This document shows, piece by piece, positions 1 to 10,258 of a stretch of 64,000 nt of DNA (position 1 is its first letter; every line of letters starts with the position of its first letter). The stretch spans positions 672,001-736,000 of the forward strand of contig CAWGLD010000001.1 in the NCBI GenBank assembly GCA_963823335.1, read 5' to 3'. This DNA is from an uncultured delta proteobacterium (GTDB lineage Bacteria; Desulfobacterota; Desulfobacteria; Desulfobacterales; B30-G6). The translations under genes were made by a program, and so were the position numbers. The notes beneath the pieces are model-generated. The model was given only the letters and a program-made list of their open reading frames with translations, was not told where the DNA came from and made no database searches.

Positions 1-1
1 A

Positions 2-316
<315 letters not shown>

Positions 317-327
317 TGCCCAACCCG

Positions 328-990
328 ATGAAGAAACCTGCGTTTCTGCTGATGCTCATCATCTGTGTGTTGTTTGCCGCCTGCTCGTACCGGGATCCGG
401 ATATCGACAAACCGGCTCATGAGCTTGCAAAAAACGGCATGGACGAGTTTACAGAAAAAGATTACCGAAAAGCCATCGTATATTTTGAAAAGCTTCGAGA
501 CTGGTATCCCTTCAGCAAATTCGCAAAGCTTGCCGAATTGAAAATCGCAGATGCGCACTTTCATCTCAAAGAATACGATGATGCCATTTCCGCTTACGAA
601 GAATTTGAACAGCTTCATCCTAACAACGAGGCCATACCCTATGTTATTCAACAGATCGGAAATTCTTATTTCGAACAACTGGATACCATAGACCGTGACC
701 AGACACCGGCATTAAAGGCCATCGAAACCTACGAACGGTTGATAAAAAATCATCCCGATGATCCGCATTCCAAAGAAATTACGGAAAAGATCAAGATATG
801 CAAGAAGGGTATCGTTGAAAATCAGATCTATATCGGCCGCTTCTACTACCGCACAAAGCATTATAAGTCGGCCTTGGCCCGATTTCAATCGGTGGCCTCC
901 ACCGGGGATGAATTTCCCGAACTTCAAGCAAAAGCCCTCGCCTTCATCACGCTGTGTGAAGCGGCAATGATGGCAAAGGATCCAAACTGA
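328..990 (+). CDS. bamD: Outer membrane protein assembly factor BamD (TPR lipoprotein)
   Basis: Lipoprotein signal (LFAAC); YPFSKFA, LHPNNE and DRDQT motifs; ATG at 328 preferred over GTG at 316. Confidence 0.88.
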   Translation: MKKPAFLLMLIICVLFAACSYRDPDIDKPAHELAKNGMDEFTEKDYRKAIVYFEKLRDWYPFSKFAKLAELKIADAHFHLKEYDDAISAYEEFEQLHPNNEAIPYVIQQIGNSYFEQLDTIDRDQTPALKAIETYERLIKNHPDDPHSKEITEKIKICKKGIVENQIYIGRFYYRTKHYKSALARFQSVASTGDEFPELQAKALAFITLCEAAMMAKDPN

Positions 991-1094
991 AAACCTGACA
1001 AAAAAATGTAAAAAGACTTTACACACAGATTGTGTTGGTGTAATAGTGTAGAGTTCAAATATTGTTCGTCATCAAGTGACAAGGAGATACCAAA

Positions 1095-1286
1095 ATGTCA
1101 AGAATGTGTGAGATATGTGGAAAAAAACCCATGGTAGGCAGCAATGTAAGCCATGCACATAATGTAACCAAGAGAAGATTCAATCCCAATCTGCAAACCG
1201 TCCGTGCTCTGGATAAGGGTCAGGCCAAAAGAATGGTTGTCTGCACCAATTGTATTAAATCAGGACGCATCGTCAAAGCACCCTAA
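1095..1286 (+). CDS. rpmB: 50S ribosomal protein L28 (Zn-binding CxxC form)
   Basis: [23 protein letters not shown]...[17 protein letters not shown]. Confidence 0.97.
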   Translation: MSRMCEICGKKPMVGSNVSHAHNVTKRRFNPNLQTVRALDKGQAKRMVVCTNCIKSGRIVKAP

Positions 1287-3424
1287 CCTAATCGTCTAAC
1301 ACTCTGGACATACTTGATCTTTTTGAGATCCGACAGAACTTTTTCCAGGTGATCGGTACTCACGATTCCGAGCGTTAGCACAGAATCGACGGTCTGGTCG
1401 TCTTTGGTTTGGGTATTCAGACTGAGAATATTTGCATCGTTTTTGCTGATGGCCGCTGCCATGTCCGCCAGGAGACCGACCCTGTCCAGAGAATTGATCC
1501 GTATCCTGACCGGATAAGTCTCCCGTGTATCCAGGCTCCACTCCACATCGATTCGACGTTCGGGGCTCATTTTCAGTGCATTGACACAGTTGGTTCGATG
1601 AATCGTCACTCCATAGCCACGGGTGATGTAGCCGGTAATGATGTCTCCGGGAACCGGCTGGCAGCATTTTCCAAACTTGACCAACATATCGTCAATACCT
1701 TTGACCACGACACCGAGGCTTGGTTTCTTCTTTCTGACACGACTGACAAGCTTGTTGAACAATGACTCATCGGCGTCAAAAGTTTCCGTTTTCAACGCCA
1801 GCCGCCGTGCGATTTGAACCGGCGTGGTTTTCCCGTAACCGACACTTGCGATAAGATCGTCTACGGTCTTGAATCCGAAATGGTTTACGACATCACGCAT
1901 CTCTTCTGTCTTGATCAATGCGTTGAAATTGAGCTTGTGCTTTCGAAATGTTTTTTCACACATTTCTCTGCCAAGAGACAGACTGCGCTCCTTTTCCTGG
2001 GTTTTTATCCACTGCCGTATTCGGGATCGTGCTTTGACAGTTTTGACGAAATTCAGCCAATCCTTACTGGGATGACTTCCTTTGGTGGTGATAATTTCGA
2101 CAATATTGCCGGTCTGCAGTTCATATTTCAGTGGCACCATCCGGCCGTTCACCTTGGCACCCGTACATTGACTACCGACTTCACTGTGAATCATATAAGC
2201 AAAATCAATGGGTGTGGCGCCTTTGGGTAGAGATTTGATCTCCCCTTGGGGTGTAAAAACGTATACCTCATCCGGGAACAAATCGATGCGAACATTTTCC
2301 AGAAATTCCTGTGGGTCCAGAAACTCGGCCTGATTTTCCACCAGATTTTGAATCCAGGCAAATTTTTCACTGGCCTGGTTATCGATCCGTTTGCCTTCCT
2401 TATAGCCCCAGTGTGCCGCAATGCCGGATTTGGCAACCTGATCCATTTCCCGCGTCCGAATCTGAATTTCGATACGTTCCCCATAAGGACCGACTACCGT
2501 GGTATGAAGTGACTGGTACATATTCGCCTTGGGAACCCCGATATAGTCTTTGAATTTTTTTGCAATGGGTTTCCACAACGAATGGACGAGGCCCAAAGCC
2601 TCATAGCACTTTGGTATGGTTTCCAATATAATTCGAAAAGCGATGATGTCGTAGACTTCTTCAAAACTGAGATTCTGCTGGACCATCTTTTGATGGATGC
2701 TGGAAATATGCTTGTGACGACCGAGAACTTCACACACCAGTCCGCTGTCATCCATTTTCTTCTTTATATAACTTTTGACCTCTTCGATATATTTTTCCCG
2801 TTCCGCGATGTCCTTGTTTATGAAACGATCGATACGCTCATATTCTTCCGGCTGAAGATAGCGGAAGGACATGTCTTCCAATTCATTTTTTATCCAGTAG
2901 ATCCCCAGACGTGCAGATATGGGAGCGTAAATATCCATGGTTTCCTTGGCAATGGCTCTACGCTTATTTTCTTTATGAAACTGAAGGGTTTTCATGTTGT
3001 GCAGGCGGTCGGCCAGTTTGATCAGAATCACCCGGATATCATCAGCCATGGCCAGAAGCATTTTACGGATACTCTCTGCCTGGCGGGCCTCACTGCTGTT
3101 GAAGGGAAGTTTGCTTAACTTGGTAACACCGGAAACAATGTGTTTTATCTCGGGGCCGAAAATATCTTCAATCTCTTCAGGAGTTGCCTTGGTATCTTCG
3201 ATAACATCGTGGAGAAGACCAGCGGCGATACTCTCTTCATCCAGCCTCATCTCCGATAAGATTGCTGCAACTTCGAGGGGATGAGACAGATACGGCTCTC
3301 CTGACAATCGCATCTGGCCCATATGAACCCTGGCAGAATATATGTAAGCACGCTCGATAACATCGACGTTTGCGCCTGGATTGTATTCCACCACCCTGTC
3401 GACAATATCATTGATTCTGATCAT
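1283..3424 (-). CDS. relA: Bifunctional (p)ppGpp synthetase/hydrolase Rel (HD-SYNTH-TGS-ZFD-ACT)
   Basis: SGEPYLSHP, intact HD motif [32 protein letters not shown] and ACT domains. Confidence 0.96.
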   Translation of the reverse strand: MIRINDIVDRVVEYNPGANVDVIERAYIYSARVHMGQMRLSGEPYLSHPLEVAAILSEMRLDEESIAAGLLHDVIEDTKATPEEIEDIFGPEIKHIVSGVTKLSKLPFNSSEARQAESIRKMLLAMADDIRVILIKLADRLHNMKTLQFHKENKRRAIAKETMDIYAPISARLGIYWIKNELEDMSFRYLQPEEYERIDRFINKDIAEREKYIEEVKSYIKKKMDDSGLVCEVLGRHKHISSIHQKMVQQNLSFEEVYDIIAFRIILETIPKCYEALGLVHSLWKPIAKKFKDYIGVPKANMYQSLHTTVVGPYGERIEIQIRTREMDQVAKSGIAAHWGYKEGKRIDNQASEKFAWIQNLVENQAEFLDPQEFLENVRIDLFPDEVYVFTPQGEIKSLPKGATPIDFAYMIHSEVGSQCTGAKVNGRMVPLKYELQTGNIVEIITTKGSHPSKDWLNFVKTVKARSRIRQWIKTQEKERSLSLGREMCEKTFRKHKLNFNALIKTEEMRDVVNHFGFKTVDDLIASVGYGKTTPVQIARRLALKTETFDADESLFNKLVSRVRKKKPSLGVVVKGIDDMLVKFGKCCQPVPGDIITGYITRGYGVTIHRTNCVNALKMSPERRIDVEWSLDTRETYPVRIRINSLDRVGLLADMAAAISKNDANILSLNTQTKDDQTVDSVLTLGIVSTDHLEKVLSDLKKIKYVQSVRRLG

Positions 3425-3451
3425 ACAGAAATCTCACGCTTAATTATAGCG

Positions 3452-3574
3452 CTTAGGTTGTTTAGACAATTTAGGTTATTTAGGCGGTAGTCTGTTAGGC
3501 TGTTAGGGTTTGTTTTTTCGTAGCTCACACACGATCTCCGCCTACAGCCTACAGTCTAACAGCCTAACGGCCTA
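3452..3574. repeat. Inverted clusters of short degenerate tandem repeats (TTAGGYTG-like / CAGCCTA-like)
   Basis: ttaggttg/ttaggctg run followed by the complementary cagccta/cagtcta run in the proS-rel spacer. Confidence 0.6.
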
Positions 3575-3577
3575 TGA

Positions 3578-5098
3578 TTAGTAGGCTTTGGCAAATACCA
3601 CCTCATGCACCGCCGGCTTTCCGCAACAGATGCAGGCTCCGTTGACAGGCGCGCCATCAAAGGGGATACAGCGTATGGAAACACTCAGATCGTCTTTGAT
3701 TTTCAATTCACAAGCCTCGTCGCCACACCATGGCGATACGGCGAACCCGCCATGAATTTCTGGTTTTTCCAGGTTCTTGGGTGTAAAATACGCATAAAAA
3801 AGGTCTCGTTGTTCAATATTTTCCGTATGTGCCTCTCTAAAAGCCACGGCACGGTTGAAAAGCGTTGTCTGGATGTCGTCCAGTGTCCTGGTAAATTCAG
3901 CTACAAACGTGTCCCTGTTGATGGACACCTTCTCCTTGTGGTGCCGGTCCCGCCGTCCAACAAAAACTGAATTTTCGGCAATATCCCGGGGTCCGATCTC
4001 GACGCGAATGGGAATCCCCTTTTTGATCCAGTCCCAGCCTCTGGCTCCCCCGATATCTCTGTCGTCAATCTCGATATTCAGCAAGCGTCGATGATAGGTC
4101 TGTGCCCGTAATTCGGTTGCCAGTTGCTCCACAAAAGGCATGACCTTTGCACGATCTTCAGGTTTGCGGATGATGGGAAGAATGACGGCATGCGATGAGG
4201 CCACCCTGGGGGGCAGAATGATACCGTCATCATCGCCGTGAGCCATAATAAGTCCCCCCACCAGGCGGGTCGAGGTCCCCCAGGAGGTTGTCCAGGCATA
4301 GGCTTCTTTTTCGTCTGCAGTCTGAAACTTGATATTGGATGCCCGGGCGAAATTCTGCCCCAGGAAATGGGAGGTCCCTGCCTGGAGCGCCTTTCTGTCC
4401 TGCATCATGGCTTCGATACACAAGGTGTCAACTGCGCCTGGAAATCTTTCGGCCGGCGACTTTCTGCCTTTCAGCACCGGAATTGCCAGATAGTCTTCAA
4501 CGCATCTGGCATAAACGTCGAGCATCATCCGGGTTCGCTCCTGGGCCTCTTCCTTGGTGGCATGTGCCGTGTGACCTTCCTGCCACAGAAATTCGCTCGT
4601 TCTTAAAAAGATTCGTGTCCGCATCTCCCACCGGACCACATTGGCCCATTGATTGATGAGCAGCGGCAGATCCCGATAACTGGTAATCCATCGGGAAAAA
4701 GAATCGCCGATAATCGTTTCCGAGGTGGGTCGCACCACCAGAGGTTCACTCAACCGGCCGGCCGGTACCAGGGTGCCGTCAGCACCCTTTTCAAGGCGAT
4801 GATGGGTGACCACCGCACACTCCTTGGCAAAACCCTCCACATGCTCGGCCTCTTTCTCCAAAAACCCGATGGGAATGAACAAGGGAAAATAGGCGTTGCG
4901 TACCCCCGTGGCCTTGAACAGGTCGTCCATTTCACGAACAATATTCTCCCACAGGGAATAGCCCCAGGGCTTGATGACCATACACCCTCTAACGGATGAT
5001 TTTTCAGCCATTTCCGAGGCCCTGACGACCTGCTGATACCATTCAGGATAGTCTTCAGCGCGAGTGGGTGTTATGGCTGTTTTTACCTTTTTTCCCAT
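3578..5098 (-). CDS. proS: Proline--tRNA ligase, archaeal/eukaryote-like type (no INS editing domain, C-terminal Zn domain)
   Basis: VRPTSETII, NQWANVVRWE, EFLWQEGHT, QAGTSHFLGQNF, C-terminal RCIPF...CICCGKP..FAKAY; start set at MGKKVKT. Confidence 0.95.
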   Translation of the reverse strand: MGKKVKTAITPTRAEDYPEWYQQVVRASEMAEKSSVRGCMVIKPWGYSLWENIVREMDDLFKATGVRNAYFPLFIPIGFLEKEAEHVEGFAKECAVVTHHRLEKGADGTLVPAGRLSEPLVVRPTSETIIGDSFSRWITSYRDLPLLINQWANVVRWEMRTRIFLRTSEFLWQEGHTAHATKEEAQERTRMMLDVYARCVEDYLAIPVLKGRKSPAERFPGAVDTLCIEAMMQDRKALQAGTSHFLGQNFARASNIKFQTADEKEAYAWTTSWGTSTRLVGGLIMAHGDDDGIILPPRVASSHAVILPIIRKPEDRAKVMPFVEQLATELRAQTYHRRLLNIEIDDRDIGGARGWDWIKKGIPIRVEIGPRDIAENSVFVGRRDRHHKEKVSINRDTFVAEFTRTLDDIQTTLFNRAVAFREAHTENIEQRDLFYAYFTPKNLEKPEIHGGFAVSPWCGDEACELKIKDDLSVSIRCIPFDGAPVNGACICCGKPAVHEVVFAKAY

Positions 5099-6203
5099 GT
5101 TGATCCTTCCATGATTCTTCTTTTTTATCCAAGTATTGCCGTTCATACTCGGCAATTTCCATCAGGAAAACTTCGATGAGCCTGTCCTGGGAAAATGTCT
5201 TCACGACGTCCCCCTTTTTGAAAAGAACCCCGCGACCGTCACCACCTGCAATTCCAATATCGGCTTCTTTGGCTTCACCGGGACCGTTGACCACACACCC
5301 CATGATGGCGATTTTGATAGGTGCGATATGGTTTTTTGTGGCTCTTTCCACCTCGTCCACGATATGAAACAGGTCGATATTGCATCTCCCGCATGTGGGG
5401 CAGGATATAATATCAGGCCCCCTTTGCCGAAGATTCAAAGCCTTGAGAATTTCAAAGCCGGCACGCACCTCCTCCACTGGATCCCGTGTCAGGGACACGC
5501 GGATGGTATCTCCAATACCTTCGGCCAACAAGGTCCCGATACCGATGGCGGATTTGACAAGTCCTGGAAAAAGCCCACCCGCCTCTGTGACCCCCACATG
5601 GACTGGAAAATCACTTTTTAAGGAAAAGAGCCTGTAGGCTTCGATGGTGCGTCCCACATCCGAGGCCTTGAGGGAGACTTTCAGGTTGTCAAATCCAAAG
5701 GACCCGATCATATCCAAATGCCGCATGGCACTTTCTACCATGGCTGCAGCTGTTGGAGCCTTGTGTTTTTTTAAGAGTTCCTTTTCGATGGAACCCGAAT
5801 TCACCCCGACCCTTATGGAGATGCCATGATCCCCGGCACAATCGATCACGGCCTTGATCTTTGTTTTACCTCCGATGTTGCCGGGATTGATTCTGAGGGC
5901 ATCGGCACCGGATCGTGCGGCAGCGATTGCCAGACGGTAACTGAAGTGGATATCTGCAATGACCGGTATGGCAACCTGCTGTTTGATGGCTGTGATGGCC
6001 TCTGCGGCGGCTTCATCAGGCACAGCGACCCGTACAATTTCACATCCGGCGTCCTGCAGCCGGACAATCTGGGAAACCGTACTGTCGACATCCGCCGTAA
6101 AAGTGTTGGTCATGGACTGTACAGCAATGGGAGCCCCATCACCCAAGGCTACATTGCCGACGTAAATTTGACGGGTTTTTTTCCTGTTTATTTCAAAGGA
6201 CAT
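5055..6203 (-). CDS. ispG: 4-hydroxy-3-methylbut-2-en-1-yl diphosphate synthase
   Basis: VQSMTNT, ADIHF, RINPGN, CPTCGR, MGCVVNGPGEA. Confidence 0.97.
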   Translation of the reverse strand: MSFEINRKKTRQIYVGNVALGDGAPIAVQSMTNTFTADVDSTVSQIVRLQDAGCEIVRVAVPDEAAAEAITAIKQQVAIPVIADIHFSYRLAIAAARSGADALRINPGNIGGKTKIKAVIDCAGDHGISIRVGVNSGSIEKELLKKHKAPTAAAMVESAMRHLDMIGSFGFDNLKVSLKASDVGRTIEAYRLFSLKSDFPVHVGVTEAGGLFPGLVKSAIGIGTLLAEGIGDTIRVSLTRDPVEEVRAGFEILKALNLRQRGPDIISCPTCGRCNIDLFHIVDEVERATKNHIAPIKIAIMGCVVNGPGEAKEADIGIAGGDGRGVLFKKGDVVKTFSQDRLIEVFLMEIAEYERQYLDKKEESWKDQHGKKGKNSHNTHSR

Positions 6204-6439
6204 TCTATTGGATTTTCACCTGTCATTGAATCACTGGAACACGCACCAGACTGTCCAGCTGCAGATCGACGCATACAACACCTGTATTCCATGCTGAAAA
6301 GCATTTAAAGTACCAAACCAGTGAAGAAAATTCAAGAAAAATAGGATGTTTTCAGGATATTGTCTTTTCAGAATATTTCCATTATACTCCATCGACGTTA
6401 AACCACAACAGATAGAAAATTCCCTGTGGTTTTTCGAGA

Positions 6440-7864
6440 ATGTGGCATCTTCCCGGAGAACGGTATTCCAAGTTGAAACGATTGCACCCACTGCTGATGT
6501 TTCCCATGATAGGTCTTCTTGTTCTTGTACTGGGAGCCTCCTGTGACGTTGATTTGTCTTCCTTTAAAACAGACGCTTCCGCCCTGACCGAAATTATCGA
6601 GAAAGGGAAGTTGACGGTTATTACCCGAAACAACGCCCATTGCTATTACTCCTACCGCGACCAGGAGATGGGGTTCGAATATGACCTGGCCAAAGCATTT
6701 GCGTCTTACCTGGGGGTGTCGCTCAACATACGAATCGCCGATAAATGGGAAGGAATGATTCCCAGTCTGATAGATGGTACCGGCGACCTGATAGCCGCCA
6801 GCATGACCATTACACCAAAACGCAGCCGGGAGGTCTTGTTTTCAAATGGCTACATGGATATTCAACAACATATCATTGTCCATCGCAACAACCACTCCAT
6901 TCGAACCATCGAAGACCTTTCGGGCCGGACCATCCACATTCGCAGAGGAACATCCTATCAGGAACGCCTTGAAGACCTTGCAACCCAGATACCGAACCTG
7001 AACATCGTGCTGCATGAGGATGTGCCCACAGAAGCATTCATTCGTCAGGTGGCTGAAAACGAGATCGACCTCACTGTCGCCGACAGTAATATCGCCCTGC
7101 TGAATCGCAGGTATTACCCCCAGGCAATAATGGGACTGCCTATTGGCAAAAAAGAACAACTCGGATGGGCTGTTAACCCGAAAGCCAGGAGTCTGCAGTT
7201 AAAAATCAATCAGTTTTTCAAAGAGATCCATGAAAACGGTGTGTATGAGGAGCTCCACAGACAATATTATGCAGAGGTGGAACGCTTCGATTACGTTGAC
7301 ATGAAAGTATACCATCGAAGACTGGCCACGAGACTGCCCAAATACCAGCCCATACTCATGGCTGCAGCCAGGGAGTTCGATTTCGACTGGCGCCTGATTG
7401 CAGCCCAGATGTATCAGGAATCGCATTTCCGGCGATATGCCCGCAGCCACGCCGGTGCCTACGGCTTGATGCAGTTGACCAGACGAACCGCTATAAGTCT
7501 TGGGGTCAACGACATTACCGATCCTGAACAGAATATTTATGCAGGCGTCAAACATCTCCGCAATCTGTTCAATTACTTTGATATCGAAAACGAGTCGGAT
7601 AGAGAGTCCATCGCCCTGGCTGCCTACAATATTGGGCAGGGGCATGTCAGGGACGCACAGAACCTGGCCAATTCGCTGCGTATGGATCCTTTGAAATGGT
7701 CGTCCTTGGAAAAAACACTGCCTTTGTTAAGACAACAGAGATACTACAAAAATGCAACTTATGGATTCTGTGAAGGTATGGAGCCGGTGACATACGTCAA
7801 ACAGATCAGGATCTACTACGACATCCTGAAGCGGCAGGCGATTGACTATGACGATAGACACTAG
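6440..7864 (+). CDS. mltF: Membrane-bound lytic murein transglycosylase F (SBP + SLT domains); start uncertain (alternative 6497)
   Basis: GFEYDLAKAFA periplasmic-binding domain; YQESHF, GAYGLMQL and ALAAYNIG transglycosylase motifs. Confidence 0.9.
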   Translation: MWHLPGERYSKLKRLHPLLMFPMIGLLVLVLGASCDVDLSSFKTDASALTEIIEKGKLTVITRNNAHCYYSYRDQEMGFEYDLAKAFASYLGVSLNIRIADKWEGMIPSLIDGTGDLIAASMTITPKRSREVLFSNGYMDIQQHIIVHRNNHSIRTIEDLSGRTIHIRRGTSYQERLEDLATQIPNLNIVLHEDVPTEAFIRQVAENEIDLTVADSNIALLNRRYYPQAIMGLPIGKKEQLGWAVNPKARSLQLKINQFFKEIHENGVYEELHRQYYAEVERFDYVDMKVYHRRLATRLPKYQPILMAAAREFDFDWRLIAAQMYQESHFRRYARSHAGAYGLMQLTRRTAISLGVNDITDPEQNIYAGVKHLRNLFNYFDIENESDRESIALAAYNIGQGHVRDAQNLANSLRMDPLKWSSLEKTLPLLRQQRYYKNATYGFCEGMEPVTYVKQIRIYYDILKRQAIDYDDRH

Positions 7865-7935
7865 AAAAGCAAGGGTAGGAGGCTTGGAGGGGGATACAAG
7901 GGTTTGAGGGTAGCGGACAGGTGAGGAAATTGTGG

Positions 7936-9225
7936 CTATTGAAGAAAAACCTTTTCCAGGCCTTTAATCAAAAAGTCTGCCTCATCATCACTGATATTGA
8001 GGGGTGGAGAGATACGTATGGTATGCCCGTGACTGTCATTTACGATAATGCCTAAATCAAGCAACTTTCTGCAAAACATCATGGCATCTCGATTTTCCAC
8101 TTCGATACCGATGAACAACCCCTTTCCCCTGACTTCCTTGATATGTTTTGACCTGACCGCAATTTTCATGATGCTATGTTTTAGCTTTTTTCCTTGTATT
8201 TCTGATGCCTTCGCCAACTGCTCCTCTTGGAGCACTTCCAAAGCAGATACACCTGCAACACAGGCAAGCGGATAACCACCAAATGTCGAACCATCAGATC
8301 CTTTACTAAATGCGATATCCATTAATTTTGCGTTCGTAACAAAGACAGACAAAGGAATAAGACCACCTGACAATGCCTTCCCCAAAATAAGTCCATCCGG
8401 AACAATGTTGTCATGCTCGAAACAAAAATTTTTTCCCGTACGTCCCAGACCGACCTGTATCTCGTCAAACATCAATAGCAGATCATTGTCATCCGCAATT
8501 TCGCGAAGCCCTTGCAAAAATCCAGAGGGAGGTATTCTCATGCCCCCTTCCCCCTGCATGGGTTCCACCAAAATGCCGCAGGTATGTTTGTTAATGACTG
8601 CTTTCACAGCATCCAGGTTGCCGAATTCAACCGATACAAATCCCGGTGTCAAGGGGCCGAAGCCATCTCGATATTTGGGCTGTGATGAAAAAGATATCAC
8701 CGTGATCATACGGCCATGAAAATTATTGTTAAAAACGATAATTTCCTGTTTGCCGTCGGGTATATTCTTTATTTTCCAACCATAGTAACGGGCCATTTTG
8801 ATGGCGGTGTCAACAGACTCCACACCACCGTTTTTCGGCATGACCTTGTTGCCATTCGATCCGAAACGCGGTCCCAACTGAGGAACGAATCCAGCTGTCT
8901 TGGATAAAAACAATGCCAAAGGATCTGTATAGACAACATTAGAAATGACGGAGGCGTAATTGCCGGTAAGCGCCTTTATGATGGCACTGACCACTTTTGG
9001 ATGGTGATGGCCGAGATTGGCAGCAGAATACGCAGCCAGACAATCCAGATACTTTTTACCGCTTACATCCGTAATCCAGCTGCCTTGAGCCGTTCTAGCC
9101 ACGACATCGAGTCGATTGTAATGCTTGGCACCAGACGATTGCTCCAGAGCATACGTCTCCGCATCTGTTACACGCGAAAACCCACACACAGGGGTATCAA
9201 ATGATATTGTCGGCAGATTCAGCAT
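7936..9225 (-). CDS. rocD: Class III PLP aminotransferase, ornithine aminotransferase-like
   Basis: YLDCLAAYSAANLGHHHP, NFHGR, EPMQGEGG, DEIQVGLGRTG, LGKALSGG; substrate inferred only. Confidence 0.62.
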   Translation of the reverse strand: MLNLPTISFDTPVCGFSRVTDAETYALEQSSGAKHYNRLDVVARTAQGSWITDVSGKKYLDCLAAYSAANLGHHHPKVVSAIIKALTGNYASVISNVVYTDPLALFLSKTAGFVPQLGPRFGSNGNKVMPKNGGVESVDTAIKMARYYGWKIKNIPDGKQEIIVFNNNFHGRMITVISFSSQPKYRDGFGPLTPGFVSVEFGNLDAVKAVINKHTCGILVEPMQGEGGMRIPPSGFLQGLREIADDNDLLLMFDEIQVGLGRTGKNFCFEHDNIVPDGLILGKALSGGLIPLSVFVTNAKLMDIAFSKGSDGSTFGGYPLACVAGVSALEVLQEEQLAKASEIQGKKLKHSIMKIAVRSKHIKEVRGKGLFIGIEVENRDAMMFCRKLLDLGIIVNDSHGHTIRISPPLNISDDEADFLIKGLEKVFLQ

Positions 9226-9250
9226 GGCGGTTCCTCCATGGCACCTTTTT

Positions 9251-9272
9251 AGTTGCTATCTTGGTAGCAACT
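9251..9272. promoter_or_regulatory. 22-bp palindromic operator 1 (putative site for the adjacent TrmB regulator)
   Basis: AGTTGCTA-TCTTGG-TAGCAACT, perfect 8-bp arms; overlaps the -10 of the aminotransferase promoter. Confidence 0.7.
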
Positions 9273-9298
9273 ATCGCACAAATACGGTCGCTTGTCAA
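9270..9298 (-). promoter_or_regulatory. Sigma70-type promoter of the aminotransferase gene
   Basis: TTGACA-17 bp-GATAGT with a TG extension. Confidence 0.6.
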
Positions 9299-9431
9299 CA
9301 AATGTTCATCAATACCGGATAGGTAATATTGATCCTCAACAAGGGGCAAAGACAGTTGTGGGGTTTGACACGCCCCCCATTTTTATGTAAAAGTTCCTGA
9401 GCGGACAGATGCAATGGTGGGGCCAGATCGA

Positions 9432-9453
9432 TGTTGCCACCAAATTAGCAACA
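9432..9453. promoter_or_regulatory. 22-bp palindromic operator 2, upstream of the TrmB RBS
   Basis: TGTTGCCACCAAATTAGCAACA; 17/22 identical to the reverse complement of operator 1. Confidence 0.65.
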
Positions 9454-9469
9454 AAATAAGGAGACATGC

Positions 9470-10258
9470 ATGGATATTGCGTCTATTTTAAGGGAGTTTG
9501 CTTTTTCAAAATACGAATCGTCCTGCTACCTGGCACTACTTGCCAAGCACCCGTCGAATGGTTCCCAATTGAGCACCCTTTCAGGGATTGCCAGGTCAAG
9601 AATTTATGATGTTCTCCGCGGACTGTCAAAAAAAAAACTTGTTTTTGAGATCGAGAAAGGACTGTATGTGCCACTGCCTTTCGAGGAATTGAAAAAACGT
9701 CTTCGGAGTCAATTCGATTCAAATCTCAAGATTCTTGATGACCAGCTTGATGCCATGGTCGAACAGTCCAGTTTTGAGTACCTGTTTACCCTCAATGGTG
9801 TGGACGAAGTCATTGCAAAAGCAACGGATATCATCAATTCAGCCAAACAAGAACTCTATCTGCGTCTTTTCCCTGAAACATGGAGGCGGCTGCAGAAACA
9901 TATTCAGCGGGCTATTCATCGAGGTGTCGTTGTCCGTTTTATATCCATGGGTCCTATGGACTTTGTTTACGACATTCAGGTATTTCATCCGGATGTCGAA
10001 CAAATTAAGACCCGGCTCGGAGGTGAATCAATCGATATCATCGCCGATAAATCTGAAGCCATTGCCGGCATATTCGAAACAGACAATCTTAACCGTTCTC
10101 CCTTCATCTGGACCCGAAACCACTGGTTTGTCATCGCCAATCGGGATAGCCTTCGTCATGACTTTTATCATTATTTTTTAGATAAGCTCTATGAAAGAAG
10201 GGAAGCTCTTTCCACACGCGACAAACAGATATATGCGTTTATCAAAGCCGATGATTAA
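9470..10258 (+). CDS. TrmB-family transcriptional regulator
   Basis: FSKYESSCYLALL...SGIARSRIYDVLRGL winged HTH; effector domain with IINSAKQEL; AAGGAG RBS. Confidence 0.9.
   Translation: MDIASILREFAFSKYESSCYLALLAKHPSNGSQLSTLSGIARSRIYDVLRGLSKKKLVFEIEKGLYVPLPFEELKKRLRSQFDSNLKILDDQLDAMVEQSSFEYLFTLNGVDEVIAKATDIINSAKQELYLRLFPETWRRLQKHIQRAIHRGVVVRFISMGPMDFVYDIQVFHPDVEQIKTRLGGESIDIIADKSEAIAGIFETDNLNRSPFIWTRNHWFVIANRDSLRHDFYHYFLDKLYERREALSTRDKQIYAFIKADD

Noticed and set aside
1283-1286. Overlapping stop codons of convergent genes (rpmB/rel; also TrmB/decarboxylase at 10255-10258)
   Set aside because: Common compact arrangement with no further evidence of antisense regulation
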